Positions 28,724 through 37,920 of a stretch of 64,000 nucleotides of DNA are shown here, piece by piece. The notes beneath the pieces were generated by a model that saw nothing but the letters and a program-made list of their open reading frames with translations, searched no databases and had not been told where the DNA came from. Made by a program: the position numbers and the translations under genes. This DNA comes from Candidatus Cloacimonadales bacterium (GTDB lineage Bacteria > Cloacimonadota > Cloacimonadia > Cloacimonadales > JAFGVF01), in the NCBI GenBank assembly GCA_963677495.2, contig CAXXOU010000004.1, positions 832,001 to 896,000 on the forward strand. The letters are read 5' to 3'. The stretch's first letter is position 1, and the number at the start of each line of letters is the position of its first letter.

Positions 28724-30852
28724 TTAGCACCTCCAACTTTCTCAACAAGTTTAGTAAGAATTTCATAAGCATTAGCTTTTACATGAATAAACTCATCTAC
28801 ACCGAGTTTCTTGAACTCTTCAACATGCTCTTTTGGATATCCTGCAAGGATAATAGATGCATCAGGATTGATCTCTTTAGTTTTTGCAACTAGACCCGGA
28901 ACAAGTTCAGGATAAGTCGCATCAGTTGAACAGATAACGACGATTGGTGATTGCTTCTCTTTATAAGCTTTAGCAAAGCAGTTAGGACATTCAAAACCAT
29001 CAGTCATGATTGTTTCAAATCCAGCTACTTCAAAGAATCCACGTGAGAAGTCAGCTCTTGGTTTATGCTGTGGGATAGGACCCATGTTAGCAAAGAATAC
29101 TTCAGGAGTCTTTTCCATCTCTTCAACACTCGCTCTGAGAAGTTCGAAATGCTTTGTGACTCTTGTTTGGTCGAATGTATCTATTTCAATATCTTCAACA
29201 GTAGGGTAGAGGATAGATGCAATCTCGAAAAGAGTCGCACCTTTTTCCCAAAGCTCACTCATCTTATCAATTGAGCATGAGCATTTCGCATCAAGTGTTG
29301 TTTCTTTAAGTTGAGTTTCAACTGCTGAATCTCTATTTGTAATGAAATCCTGTACATCAAGGATGCGTCCTTGAACCATACGTTTTACATCGTTATCTCT
29401 ATTTTCAAGCTTCTCTTCAACAAGATTAGCATACATGTTTGTTCCAATCTTCACATCTTTGCGAGTGTTAAGATTCTTTTTCTTCTGATCAGATACTTCA
29501 GCAATAGCTTTCTGTAAAAGGCCTTTTTTAAGAGCTTCTACAAGACCTGATTCTTTATCGATAGCCTGGAACATCTCCCAAGCTTTAGTAGCAATCTCAT
29601 CTGTCATTGATTCTATATACCATGAACCACCGGCAGGATCGATAAGTTTGCTTAGGTTAGATTCATCTCTAAGGATAATCTGTTGATTTCTTGCAATTCT
29701 TCTTGAGAACTCATCAGGTCTTCTCACAAGCTCATCGAAGAACCCGATATGAAGACTATCAACTCCACCGAGTACAGCACTGAAACCTTCAGTTGCAGTT
29801 CTGAGGATGTTTACATAAGGATCGTAAACAGTTTTGTTGAATCTGCCTGTAGAAGCATGGATATATATCTTCTTAACATCTTCAGAAGCACCGAATGCAT
29901 CAAGGATATTACTCCAGATAAGTCTTGCAGCTCTAAATTTAGCAATCTCCATAAAGAAGTCAGAACCGATAAAGAAATTGAACTGCATGCTCTTGGCAAT
30001 AGTATCAATCTCTAAACCACGCTCAAGCATTGCTCTGATATACTCAACAGCTTTCGCAAATGTATAAGCAAGTTCCTGAGTAGCACTACAACCACTGTCG
30101 CAGTATACTCTAGAGTTCACGGAAATCATTCTAAGTTTAGCATCATTCTTCTCAGCCCATTTGACCATGTTACGCATCATGTCATAAAGGTGAGGGAGAG
30201 GTAATGATAACTTACCTGATTCTTCCAATTCTAGAATCGGGTCAAAAGCTATATTACCTTGTAATGATTTGATGTCATCTTTGAAGTAAGCTTTCAGTAG
30301 CGCTAAGAAAGCAGGAGCCATGATACCTGAATCGAAATCAAGAGCTGTATCTTCAAAATACACATCATTAAATAAGGTTTTAAGGTCTTCAAGTGTTTCC
30401 ACTGAAGTTCCTCTGTAATAGTATTCTTTATTAAGTTTATCAGGGTTTTTACCTGATTTGCATTGTCTATCAAGTCTGATTTTCACTTTAGTGATACCGC
30501 GACCAAGGTCTTCTAAAAGCATTTTGTTTGCTTTCTTAGGACTGTAAGCGGTTTGTTCCTGGGCAATTTCCCAAGAACAATCTAAATATCCCAAGGCGTT
30601 ATTCGCTCTTACTTTGTCGTCAGCTCCGGGCATTTGTGATTTGAATTTAAGGTTTTGAATATCTTCTTCAGTGTAAATAGGTTTTAGCGTAATTCCTTCG
30701 TAAGTCTTAGTTAACATAGCTTTATCAAAGGGTTTACCCTTGAGAAGTTTGTTAACTGCTTCAACCCATTGCGAGTATTCCGGATTACCGAAATCCTCCA
30801 GTAGATTTAAGTCAGAAGCTTTTTCAGCTTTCTTCATCTTAATTTCTGCCAT
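28720..30852 (-). CDS. mutA: Methylmalonyl-CoA mutase small subunit
   Basis: [41 protein letters not shown]; lacks DxHxxG; overlaps mutB start. Confidence 0.9.
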   Translation of the reverse strand: MAEIKMKKAEKASDLNLLEDFGNPEYSQWVEAVNKLLKGKPFDKAMLTKTYEGITLKPIYTEEDIQNLKFKSQMPGADDKVRANNALGYLDCSWEIAQEQTAYSPKKANKMLLEDLGRGITKVKIRLDRQCKSGKNPDKLNKEYYYRGTSVETLEDLKTLFNDVYFEDTALDFDSGIMAPAFLALLKAYFKDDIKSLQGNIAFDPILELEESGKLSLPLPHLYDMMRNMVKWAEKNDAKLRMISVNSRVYCDSGCSATQELAYTFAKAVEYIRAMLERGLEIDTIAKSMQFNFFIGSDFFMEIAKFRAARLIWSNILDAFGASEDVKKIYIHASTGRFNKTVYDPYVNILRTATEGFSAVLGGVDSLHIGFFDELVRRPDEFSRRIARNQQIILRDESNLSKLIDPAGGSWYIESMTDEIATKAWEMFQAIDKESGLVEALKKGLLQKAIAEVSDQKKKNLNTRKDVKIGTNMYANLVEEKLENRDNDVKRMVQGRILDVQDFITNRDSAVETQLKETTLDAKCSCSIDKMSELWEKGATLFEIASILYPTVEDIEIDTFDQTRVTKHFELLRASVEEMEKTPEVFFANMGPIPQHKPRADFSRGFFEVAGFETIMTDGFECPNCFAKAYKEKQSPIVVICSTDATYPELVPGLVAKTKEINPDASIILAGYPKEHVEEFKKLGVDEFIHVKANAYEILTKLVEKVGGAK

Positions 30853-30995
30853 TTGTTTACTCCGTATTTCAGAAATTTTTTTTATTCAACTATTTGAGTT
30901 GCATAAATATGTCAATGTCATTTTGATTTTTCTGCTTTCTGTGACGGGTGAAGTTTAATTGCCAGCAGACACTTTTTTACTGTTTCGGTTATTAA

Positions 30996-32690
30996 GGAGT
31001 TTGTCAGTCTGTCCGACGATATTCATTTCGTTTCACTTCATTCGGCTTGGCAGTGTGACAATGGTCAGGGATTTGCATTCGCAAATCCGAGAACCATTCT
31101 GTCATCCCGATTGAGTGAGGATACGAACGAGTAGAGGGACCTCTCCGATAGCTTTAGTCTCCCCGCTAAAGAAGAGCTTATTTGCCTTCCGAAAGTTGCT
31201 CAAAAAAAATACAAACCACGAAAAGCACAAAAAGCACGAAAGGGGGATTAGCTTCATTATTTTTCGTGTATTTAGTGCTTTTCGTGGTTAGATATAAAAC
31301 AAAAATTTGAATACCTTAAAGATACGTCAATACCTCAAATGTTAACCCACTAAAGCCATCCGAGCGCCCCATCGACTCCGTTCATTTCGTTTCACTTCAT
31401 TCACTCCGCTCAGGGTGACATGTCAGGAGCAGTCACCAGTGCGAGTTTACGAGCTTGGGGAAATGCGGAAAAGATATGTTCTCCGGTACGCATTTCCCCG
31501 AACTCCCGATGGTCGTAATGGTGACTGCTTCAAAATACATGCACAGTGCGTTTTGCAATGACTTACCGAATTTCAGGGAGTTTGTCTGCCTGATAAGGCA
31601 ACGGACTTCCTAAAATGCACTTCGAAGTCACTTTCCCTAACTTTTCGTTCTCGCCCCACACTTCGTTGCGGAGCAAGTCCAAAAGAGATATACACAGTGC
31701 CTTTTGCAATCACTTAGCTACATTTCATGCCCTTTTCACTCCCTTTCACTGCTCTATCCATCAACGCACTGCATCTGCACTGTGCACGCACTGTGAAGGC
31801 ACTGCCAACCCACTGTTTCACTGGGTGCACAGTGCGTGCACAGTGGGAAAACAGTGGGATAACTGCGTTTTGGTGGATGGTTTAGTTCAATAGAGCATCA
31901 GTATCGAAGATACATGAATGACAATGTACTGCGATTCTCCTGAATTGCTGTGGCGACGAAGTCGGCAGTTACCACTGACTGTAATTTGGTTTTAAAACGC
32001 TAAAATGTGTCTCAATTGCTTTGCAAACACGATTGGTTTCCCGAAGATAGCTCTAAGCGAGCTATGTGCAAGTGGGGACACTTGCACTACGTTACACGCT
32101 CCCATTCAATAAAGCTATGACAAAGATTACATAGTTATCCACAACTTGTGACTAACTTACTGCTTTGAGTAAGAGAGAAGTAAGAGTCCAGTAAGTGTGA
32201 AGTAAGAGATAAGTAAGAATTGAATGGGGGTAATCGAAGGGACATAGCATGCTATAATCTATTGAGTAATTAAAATATACCGGATTTCTCATTTTGAATC
32301 ATACATTTTTCATCTTGCATTTAATCCCGATTCTCCCACGAGTAATAAAGACATGAAGATAATATCCATCCCATATCCAACTAATAAGATTCCTATATGT
32401 TCATATAGTTTTCATATAAGAGTCATATAGGGATCATATAGGAATTATGCAGTTGTTGCTCCAGTGCCTAACGTGGGAGAAGGGGGATAAATCGAGCATT
32501 AAACTATAAAATATAATAAGAAAAATGGTTAACGGATGCTCCCCAGAACCACCAGATTCATCTGGTGGCTGAATGCACTAACACACACTATCTTAACCCC
32601 ACTCTCCCGATTCTGCAGGAATCGGGAGGGTGGGGAGTTTGGGTGTAATCTCCTGCCCCTATTTGAAAAAAGGGGTTCTGGGGAAGCTAA
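30996..32690. repeat. Longest mosaic of palindromic modules, locus 5
   Basis: Contains copies of modules found at loci 1, 2, 3 and 8, a 9-bp CACGA inverted array (31214-31289), 11-bp arrays (31767-31856, 32134-32217, 32361-32440) and hairpins at 32550-32690. Confidence 0.85.
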
Positions 32691-32968
32691 TTAATGATTA
32701 TGTATTATCTTCTGGTGTTGTAACAAGATTATGATTGACATGATAAAAATAGATATTCAAATCAGTTATCGCTTGGAAAAGAGGTGTATAATCTCGAGCT
32801 CTTGAACATCGTGCAACATGTTGTACTGTCTCAATCCATGAGTTGAATGGGATCGTGATTGAACCTATGGATGTTTCTCGCAATTAAATTTTTTATAGAA
32901 TCCTTGTTATTATTCATTGACATGCATTATACTGAATATTTTTATTGAAAAAAATATTGGAGATAAAA

Positions 32969-33991
32969 ATGAATAGGAATACTTTAAGTCTTTATCCTAT
33001 CGATTTCCCATTTGAAACACTTGTATCTAGAATTGAAGCAAATCCTCCCAAACTTATATTGGATCCAGATTTTCAAAGAAAATACAAATGGGATAATGAT
33101 GGTTTCGAGAGATCAAGTAAGTTTATTGAATCTTGCTTAATGAGAATTCCATTACCTGCTTGTTATTTTGCAGAAAATGAAGAAAGCAATCATTTAGTTA
33201 TTGATGGGGTTCAGAGATTAACAACAATTCAAAGATTCTTTAATGATGAATTTGCATTAGAAGGTCTAACTTTCTATAATCATTTAAATGGCATGAAATT
33301 TTCAGAGCTTGGAGATTTAAAAAATGAGCTAGAGACAACTACAATTCGCTGTGTTGTCTTGAGAAAAGAGAATGACAAAGCCTTGATTAGAGAGATTTTC
33401 GCCAGATTGAATCAAGGAACAGTTAAATTATCAGATCAAGAAATTAGACATGCAATATACTCAGGTCCTTTTGATGAATTACTCACAGATATTGCATCAC
33501 ACACTTTTATACAAGCATTTAGAAATAATGATCAAAAAGAAGACAGGTCTGATGAGGAGCTTGTACTAAGATTCTTTGCTTTAGAATCAGATCTTGAATC
33601 ATATGATGGGAAACTATCAAAGTTGCTTGATGATTTTATGCAGGACCATCAAGACATAAGTAGGGAGGATGCACAAGAACTAGCAAATAAGTTCAAAACA
33701 ACCCTAAATAAATGTATGAGGACATTTGATGAACCCTTTACAAATGCAAATTTAGAAAAGAATAAGCGAAAAGGTGTTGTATACTATGATCTACTTATGT
33801 GGAGCTTTAGCAAGTTACCTGATGAGATAATTGACTCTAATAAAAATGAAATAATTACTGCATATTCTAACTTATGTGAAAATGGCGACTTTCAAAAAAA
33901 CATGCTAGGAGGATTACAAAAAAAATCTTCTATCATTAAAAGAAGAAAGTTATGGACTGCTGAGTTAAGGGGGGTTGGAATTGAAATCTAA
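32969..33991 (+). CDS. DUF262 (ParB/Srx-like, GmrS-like) domain protein
   Basis: PDFQRKYKW, FIES.LMRIPLP, VIDGVQRLTT, IFARLNQG..LS.QEIR motifs; ATG 32969 behind GGAG. Confidence 0.88.
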   Translation: MNRNTLSLYPIDFPFETLVSRIEANPPKLILDPDFQRKYKWDNDGFERSSKFIESCLMRIPLPACYFAENEESNHLVIDGVQRLTTIQRFFNDEFALEGLTFYNHLNGMKFSELGDLKNELETTTIRCVVLRKENDKALIREIFARLNQGTVKLSDQEIRHAIYSGPFDELLTDIASHTFIQAFRNNDQKEDRSDEELVLRFFALESDLESYDGKLSKLLDDFMQDHQDISREDAQELANKFKTTLNKCMRTFDEPFTNANLEKNKRKGVVYYDLLMWSFSKLPDEIIDSNKNEIITAYSNLCENGDFQKNMLGGLQKKSSIIKRRKLWTAELRGVGIEI

Positions 33992-34601
33992 CTCACTAGT
34001 AAAACTTGAGATTAAAATTGATCATTTGGCCAGTAAGATAAGTGATTTTGAACATTTACTCCTTGAACCGAATCCTAACACTTTTATAATAGAAAATGCG
34101 AATTTTTTGACTAGATCGTTTTTGATCAGTCTTTGTGGATATTTGGAAGTATATCTTAAAGACATTATTGAGGAATATCTTGTAAAAGTTAATGATCTTG
34201 TTTCGAGTATTAAAGTTCCAATCAATTTGATTCGTTGGTCCATTGAGAATAAACCAAAGGCAAACTCAAAGATGAACTCATTACTTGATCCTAAAAAAAC
34301 TAAGTTTGAAGATTTACAGTTAAGAATAACTAAGAACGATTTAGACCAATTCATATCTGGAAATCCTTTCAGAACTAAAGATCTTCTCATTATGTTTGGA
34401 ATTGATTTAGAATCATATGATTTTTTTTCAAATATGAAAGTTCAGATTAACTCCTTTGTATTCACAAGAAACAATATTCTACACTATGATGATGATGCTT
34501 CCAGTTTGACAACTGGTGATATAATGGAAGCAAGTTCATTGTTTCTTAATTATGCCTTACAAATAGATGATCTGATAACAAATAAGATAAATCAAGTCTA
34601 G
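33975..34601 (+). CDS. HEPN-domain protein (MAE_28990/RiboL-PSP-HEPN-like), putative RNase
   Basis: N-terminal 'LISLCGYLE.Y' helix and RNNILH (Rx4H) motif; overlaps the DUF262 gene. Confidence 0.7.
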   Translation: MELKSNSLVKLEIKIDHLASKISDFEHLLLEPNPNTFIIENANFLTRSFLISLCGYLEVYLKDIIEEYLVKVNDLVSSIKVPINLIRWSIENKPKANSKMNSLLDPKKTKFEDLQLRITKNDLDQFISGNPFRTKDLLIMFGIDLESYDFFSNMKVQINSFVFTRNNILHYDDDASSLTTGDIMEASSLFLNYALQIDDLITNKINQV

Positions 34602-34696
34602 CGAATGTGAAATTAAACCAAATCTGATTCAATTCTTTAGTTGACACAAAATACTGCTATATAAATTCACTGCAAACAGAAGAAGCGAGGCAACCA

Positions 34697-36589
34697 GTGA
34701 GTTTAGTAGCCATAAGTGGGCTTAATTTCAGTTTCGGTGGTAGGGAACTATTTAAGGATTTAAGTCTTTCAATAGAAAAAGATAGCAGAATCGGGCTCGT
34801 GGGAGTCAACGGTTGTGGAAAAACAACACTTTTTAGTCTGATAAAGGGGAGACTTACACCCGAGAGTGGTGACATCCTCAAAGCAGGGAAGTGTCAGATG
34901 GCATTCCTACGTCAGGAAAATGAACTAAATCAGACCCAATCCCTTTTAGAAGAGGTACTCACATCCCGTCCTAAGATGTTGGAGATAGAGAAGCAGTTGC
35001 ATGAACTGAATCTTCAACTTGAGAAAGAATCAAACGAAACGCTTCTCAATAAAATGACAAAGCTTCAACAGCAGTTTGAGCTGATGGGTGGATTCACTTT
35101 TGAAACGGAGATGAAGCTTTTACTCACAAGCTTAAACTTCCCGGAAAGTGAATGGTATCGCTCAGTATCAAGCTTTAGTGGGGGAGAGCAGTCCAGAATC
35201 CAACTTGCAAAGATACTGCTTGCACCTCATGATCTGCTCTTACTCGATGAACCGACAAACCATCTAGATACTTTCCAGATTGAGTTCTTGAAGAACTTCC
35301 TGAATAGAAATACAACACCATATATTATCATCTCGCATGACAGATACTTCCTAGATGAGACTGTGAAGAACATAGTAGAGATCAGAGGTAAGAAAGCTAA
35401 GAAATATAGAGGAAACTACTCAGCGTTTGTGCAACAATCAGAAGCTAATCATCTGCTTGAAGAGAAACTTTGGAAAGCACAACAGAAGCATATTGCTAAA
35501 GAGGAAGACTTTATACGCAGGAACTTAGCCGGTCAGAAAACTAAACAAGCTCAGGGACGTAGAAAGATTTTAGAGCGGACTGAGAGACTTGATAGACCGG
35601 ACTCATTAGAGACCTTTAACCTTGGCTTGAATAGCGAGTATCGCTCAAGTAACGATATATTCAGAATGACAGATATTAAGTTCGGTTATCCGGATAAAGA
35701 GCTTGCGTATGCTGAAGCTTTATACGCAGGATACAAAGATAGAATCGCGATTATAGGTGCAAACGGTTGTGGTAAATCAACACTTCTGAAAGCGCTTTTA
35801 GGGTATCTTGCTCCGTTATCAGGTACACTGTACGTTGGTAACAATCTTAAGATTGGATACTTCGGACAGATGCAGGAGGAGCTAAATACAAGTATAAAAG
35901 TGATGGATACAATCTGGGAGATGGTTCCGGATGCTCCACAAGGTTATGTATTAGGTTATCTTGCAAGATTCGGGTTCAGAGGAGATGATGTTGATAAGAA
36001 TGTCGGAACTTTGAGTGGTGGAGAAAAAGCAAGGCTTAAGCTGGCTGTACTTATACATCAAAAACCAAATCTATTGATACTTGACGAGCCGACAAACCAT
36101 CTTGATATCTATATGGTAGATAGTCTGGAAGAAGCCCTGAAAGCTTATGACGGTACTCTTGTTTTTGTATCGCATGATAGATATTTTATTGACAAGGTTT
36201 CCACTAAAAAGTGGTTTTTCTCCAAAGGTATCATTAAAGAGAGTAAAGATAGCTTCGCAAAGGTTATCGAGCGCATTCAACTTGAGAGTCAGGAAAAGCC
36301 TGTAACTCCGAAACAGCAAAAGCCAAAGAGTAATAAACGACGTGTAAACCCTATTCTTCTGGAAAAGAAGATGAAGGAGATTGACGATGTTACTGCTGAG
36401 ATGGATGCTTTAAACAGTGAGAAAGGTGAAATTGAAACTGAGTTCTCATTACCTGATACATATAGTAATGCTGAGCGAGTCAAAGAACTAAACAATCGTA
36501 TGACTGAGATAAGCAAAGCATTAGAAGAACGTGCTGAAAAACTTGAGATACTCGAAGATGAGTATCTTGAGATGAGTATAGATGATTAA
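34697..36589 (+). CDS. ABC-F family ATPase (Uup/YheS-like)
   Basis: Two NBDs (GVNGCGKT, GANGCGKS; SGGE; LDEPTNHLD twice), no TMs, C-terminal coiled coil. Confidence 0.93.
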   Translation: MSLVAISGLNFSFGGRELFKDLSLSIEKDSRIGLVGVNGCGKTTLFSLIKGRLTPESGDILKAGKCQMAFLRQENELNQTQSLLEEVLTSRPKMLEIEKQLHELNLQLEKESNETLLNKMTKLQQQFELMGGFTFETEMKLLLTSLNFPESEWYRSVSSFSGGEQSRIQLAKILLAPHDLLLLDEPTNHLDTFQIEFLKNFLNRNTTPYIIISHDRYFLDETVKNIVEIRGKKAKKYRGNYSAFVQQSEANHLLEEKLWKAQQKHIAKEEDFIRRNLAGQKTKQAQGRRKILERTERLDRPDSLETFNLGLNSEYRSSNDIFRMTDIKFGYPDKELAYAEALYAGYKDRIAIIGANGCGKSTLLKALLGYLAPLSGTLYVGNNLKIGYFGQMQEELNTSIKVMDTIWEMVPDAPQGYVLGYLARFGFRGDDVDKNVGTLSGGEKARLKLAVLIHQKPNLLILDEPTNHLDIYMVDSLEEALKAYDGTLVFVSHDRYFIDKVSTKKWFFSKGIIKESKDSFAKVIERIQLESQEKPVTPKQQKPKSNKRRVNPILLEKKMKEIDDVTAEMDALNSEKGEIETEFSLPDTYSNAERVKELNNRMTEISKALEERAEKLEILEDEYLEMSIDD

Positions 36590-36601
36590 TTAGGAGAATA
36601 G

Positions 36602-37861
36602 ATGCAAAAAGTAGATTTATTAGTAATTAATGCAAAGCAACTTCTGACATTAGCCGGTAAGGCTGCTCCCAGAGTAGGAAAAGAGATGTCAGAGCTTGGT
36701 CTAATCGAAGATGGAGCTATTGCTGTAAAAGATGGTCTCATTGTTGCAACAGGTACAACTGATGAGCTCAAAGCACAGTTTGAAGCTGATGACATTGTTG
36801 ATGCAACTGATAGAGTAGTGATGCCCGGATTCGTTGATCCACACTCACATCCGATATTCGTGCATACTCGTGAGAATGAGTTCGCAATGAGGATACAGGG
36901 CAAGAGCTATGTTGAGATCTCTCAAAGTGGTGGTGGAATCCGTTCTACTATGAACTCAACCAGAGATGCAGATGAAGACCTGTTGTTTGAGCTGGCAAAG
37001 AAGAGAATAAGTAAGCTTATCAGTGTGGGAACAACTACCTTAGAAGCTAAAAGCGGATATGGTCTTACTACTGAGTCTGAACTTAAGCAGTTAAGAGTCA
37101 TCAAAAGATTAAATGATGAACTACCAATAGATATTGTACCTACATTTATGGGTGCACATGAATTTCCAACTGAGTATAAAGAGAACCATGAAGCCTACTT
37201 GAAGATTCTTGAAGATGAGATGCTTCCTGCAGTTGCTGAACAGGGCATTGCGAAGTATTGCGATATCTTTACTGAACTGCATGTTTATAATATAGAGGAA
37301 TCGAGAAGAGTTTTAACTAAAGCTAAAGAACTTGGCTTAAAACTAAAGATGCATGCTGATGAGATAGAACCAATCGGTGGGGCAGAACTGGCAGCTGAAC
37401 TTGGTTGTGAAAGTGCAGACCACCTTGGGGCAGCTTCTGATGAAGGAATAGAAGCAATGGCCAAAGCAGGTGTGATTGCAACCCTTTTACCCGGTACTAT
37501 ATTTAGCCTCGGTATGAAAGGATATGCCAGAGCAAGAAAGATGATAGATTCAGGTGTGCCTGTTGCTCTCGCTACAGACTATAACCCGGGAAGTTGTAAT
37601 GCTGATTCTCAGCAGATAATTGCTACACTCGGATGTCTTCAAATGAAGATGTTACCGGAAGAAGTAATTGTAGCCACAACCATCAATGCAGCCTATGCAA
37701 TTGGCATGGGAGATAGGGTTGGATCACTGGAAAAAGGCAAGCAAGCTAACTTCTTGGTCATGGATATGCCTAATTTTGGCTTCCTTCCTTACCACTTCGG
37801 ATCTAACAATTGCGAAAAAATATATATCAATGGCCAACGCTTCACAGTATTGGAACGATAA
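36602..37861 (+). CDS. hutI: Imidazolonepropionase
   Basis: PGFVDPHSH, GTTTLEAKSGYGL, TFMGAH, MHADE, ADHL, ALATDYNPGS. Confidence 0.95.
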   Translation: MQKVDLLVINAKQLLTLAGKAAPRVGKEMSELGLIEDGAIAVKDGLIVATGTTDELKAQFEADDIVDATDRVVMPGFVDPHSHPIFVHTRENEFAMRIQGKSYVEISQSGGGIRSTMNSTRDADEDLLFELAKKRISKLISVGTTTLEAKSGYGLTTESELKQLRVIKRLNDELPIDIVPTFMGAHEFPTEYKENHEAYLKILEDEMLPAVAEQGIAKYCDIFTELHVYNIEESRRVLTKAKELGLKLKMHADEIEPIGGAELAAELGCESADHLGAASDEGIEAMAKAGVIATLLPGTIFSLGMKGYARARKMIDSGVPVALATDYNPGSCNADSQQIIATLGCLQMKMLPEEVIVATTINAAYAIGMGDRVGSLEKGKQANFLVMDMPNFGFLPYHFGSNNCEKIYINGQRFTVLER

Positions 37862-37920
37862 TTGCGAAATTGATATTTCGAGATAAGTTAACCTAATTTT
37901 TTTTATAAATGGAGGAACTA

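Noticed and set aside
28720..30852. mutA as a degenerate duplicate/pseudogene of mutB
   Set aside because: Lack of DxHxxG is normal for the small subunit of heterodimeric methylmalonyl-CoA mutase; the ORF is intact and coupled to mutB
32698..32883. 61-aa minus-strand ORF upstream of DUF262
   Set aside because: No recognisable motif or RBS; could be a gene remnant but cannot be supported
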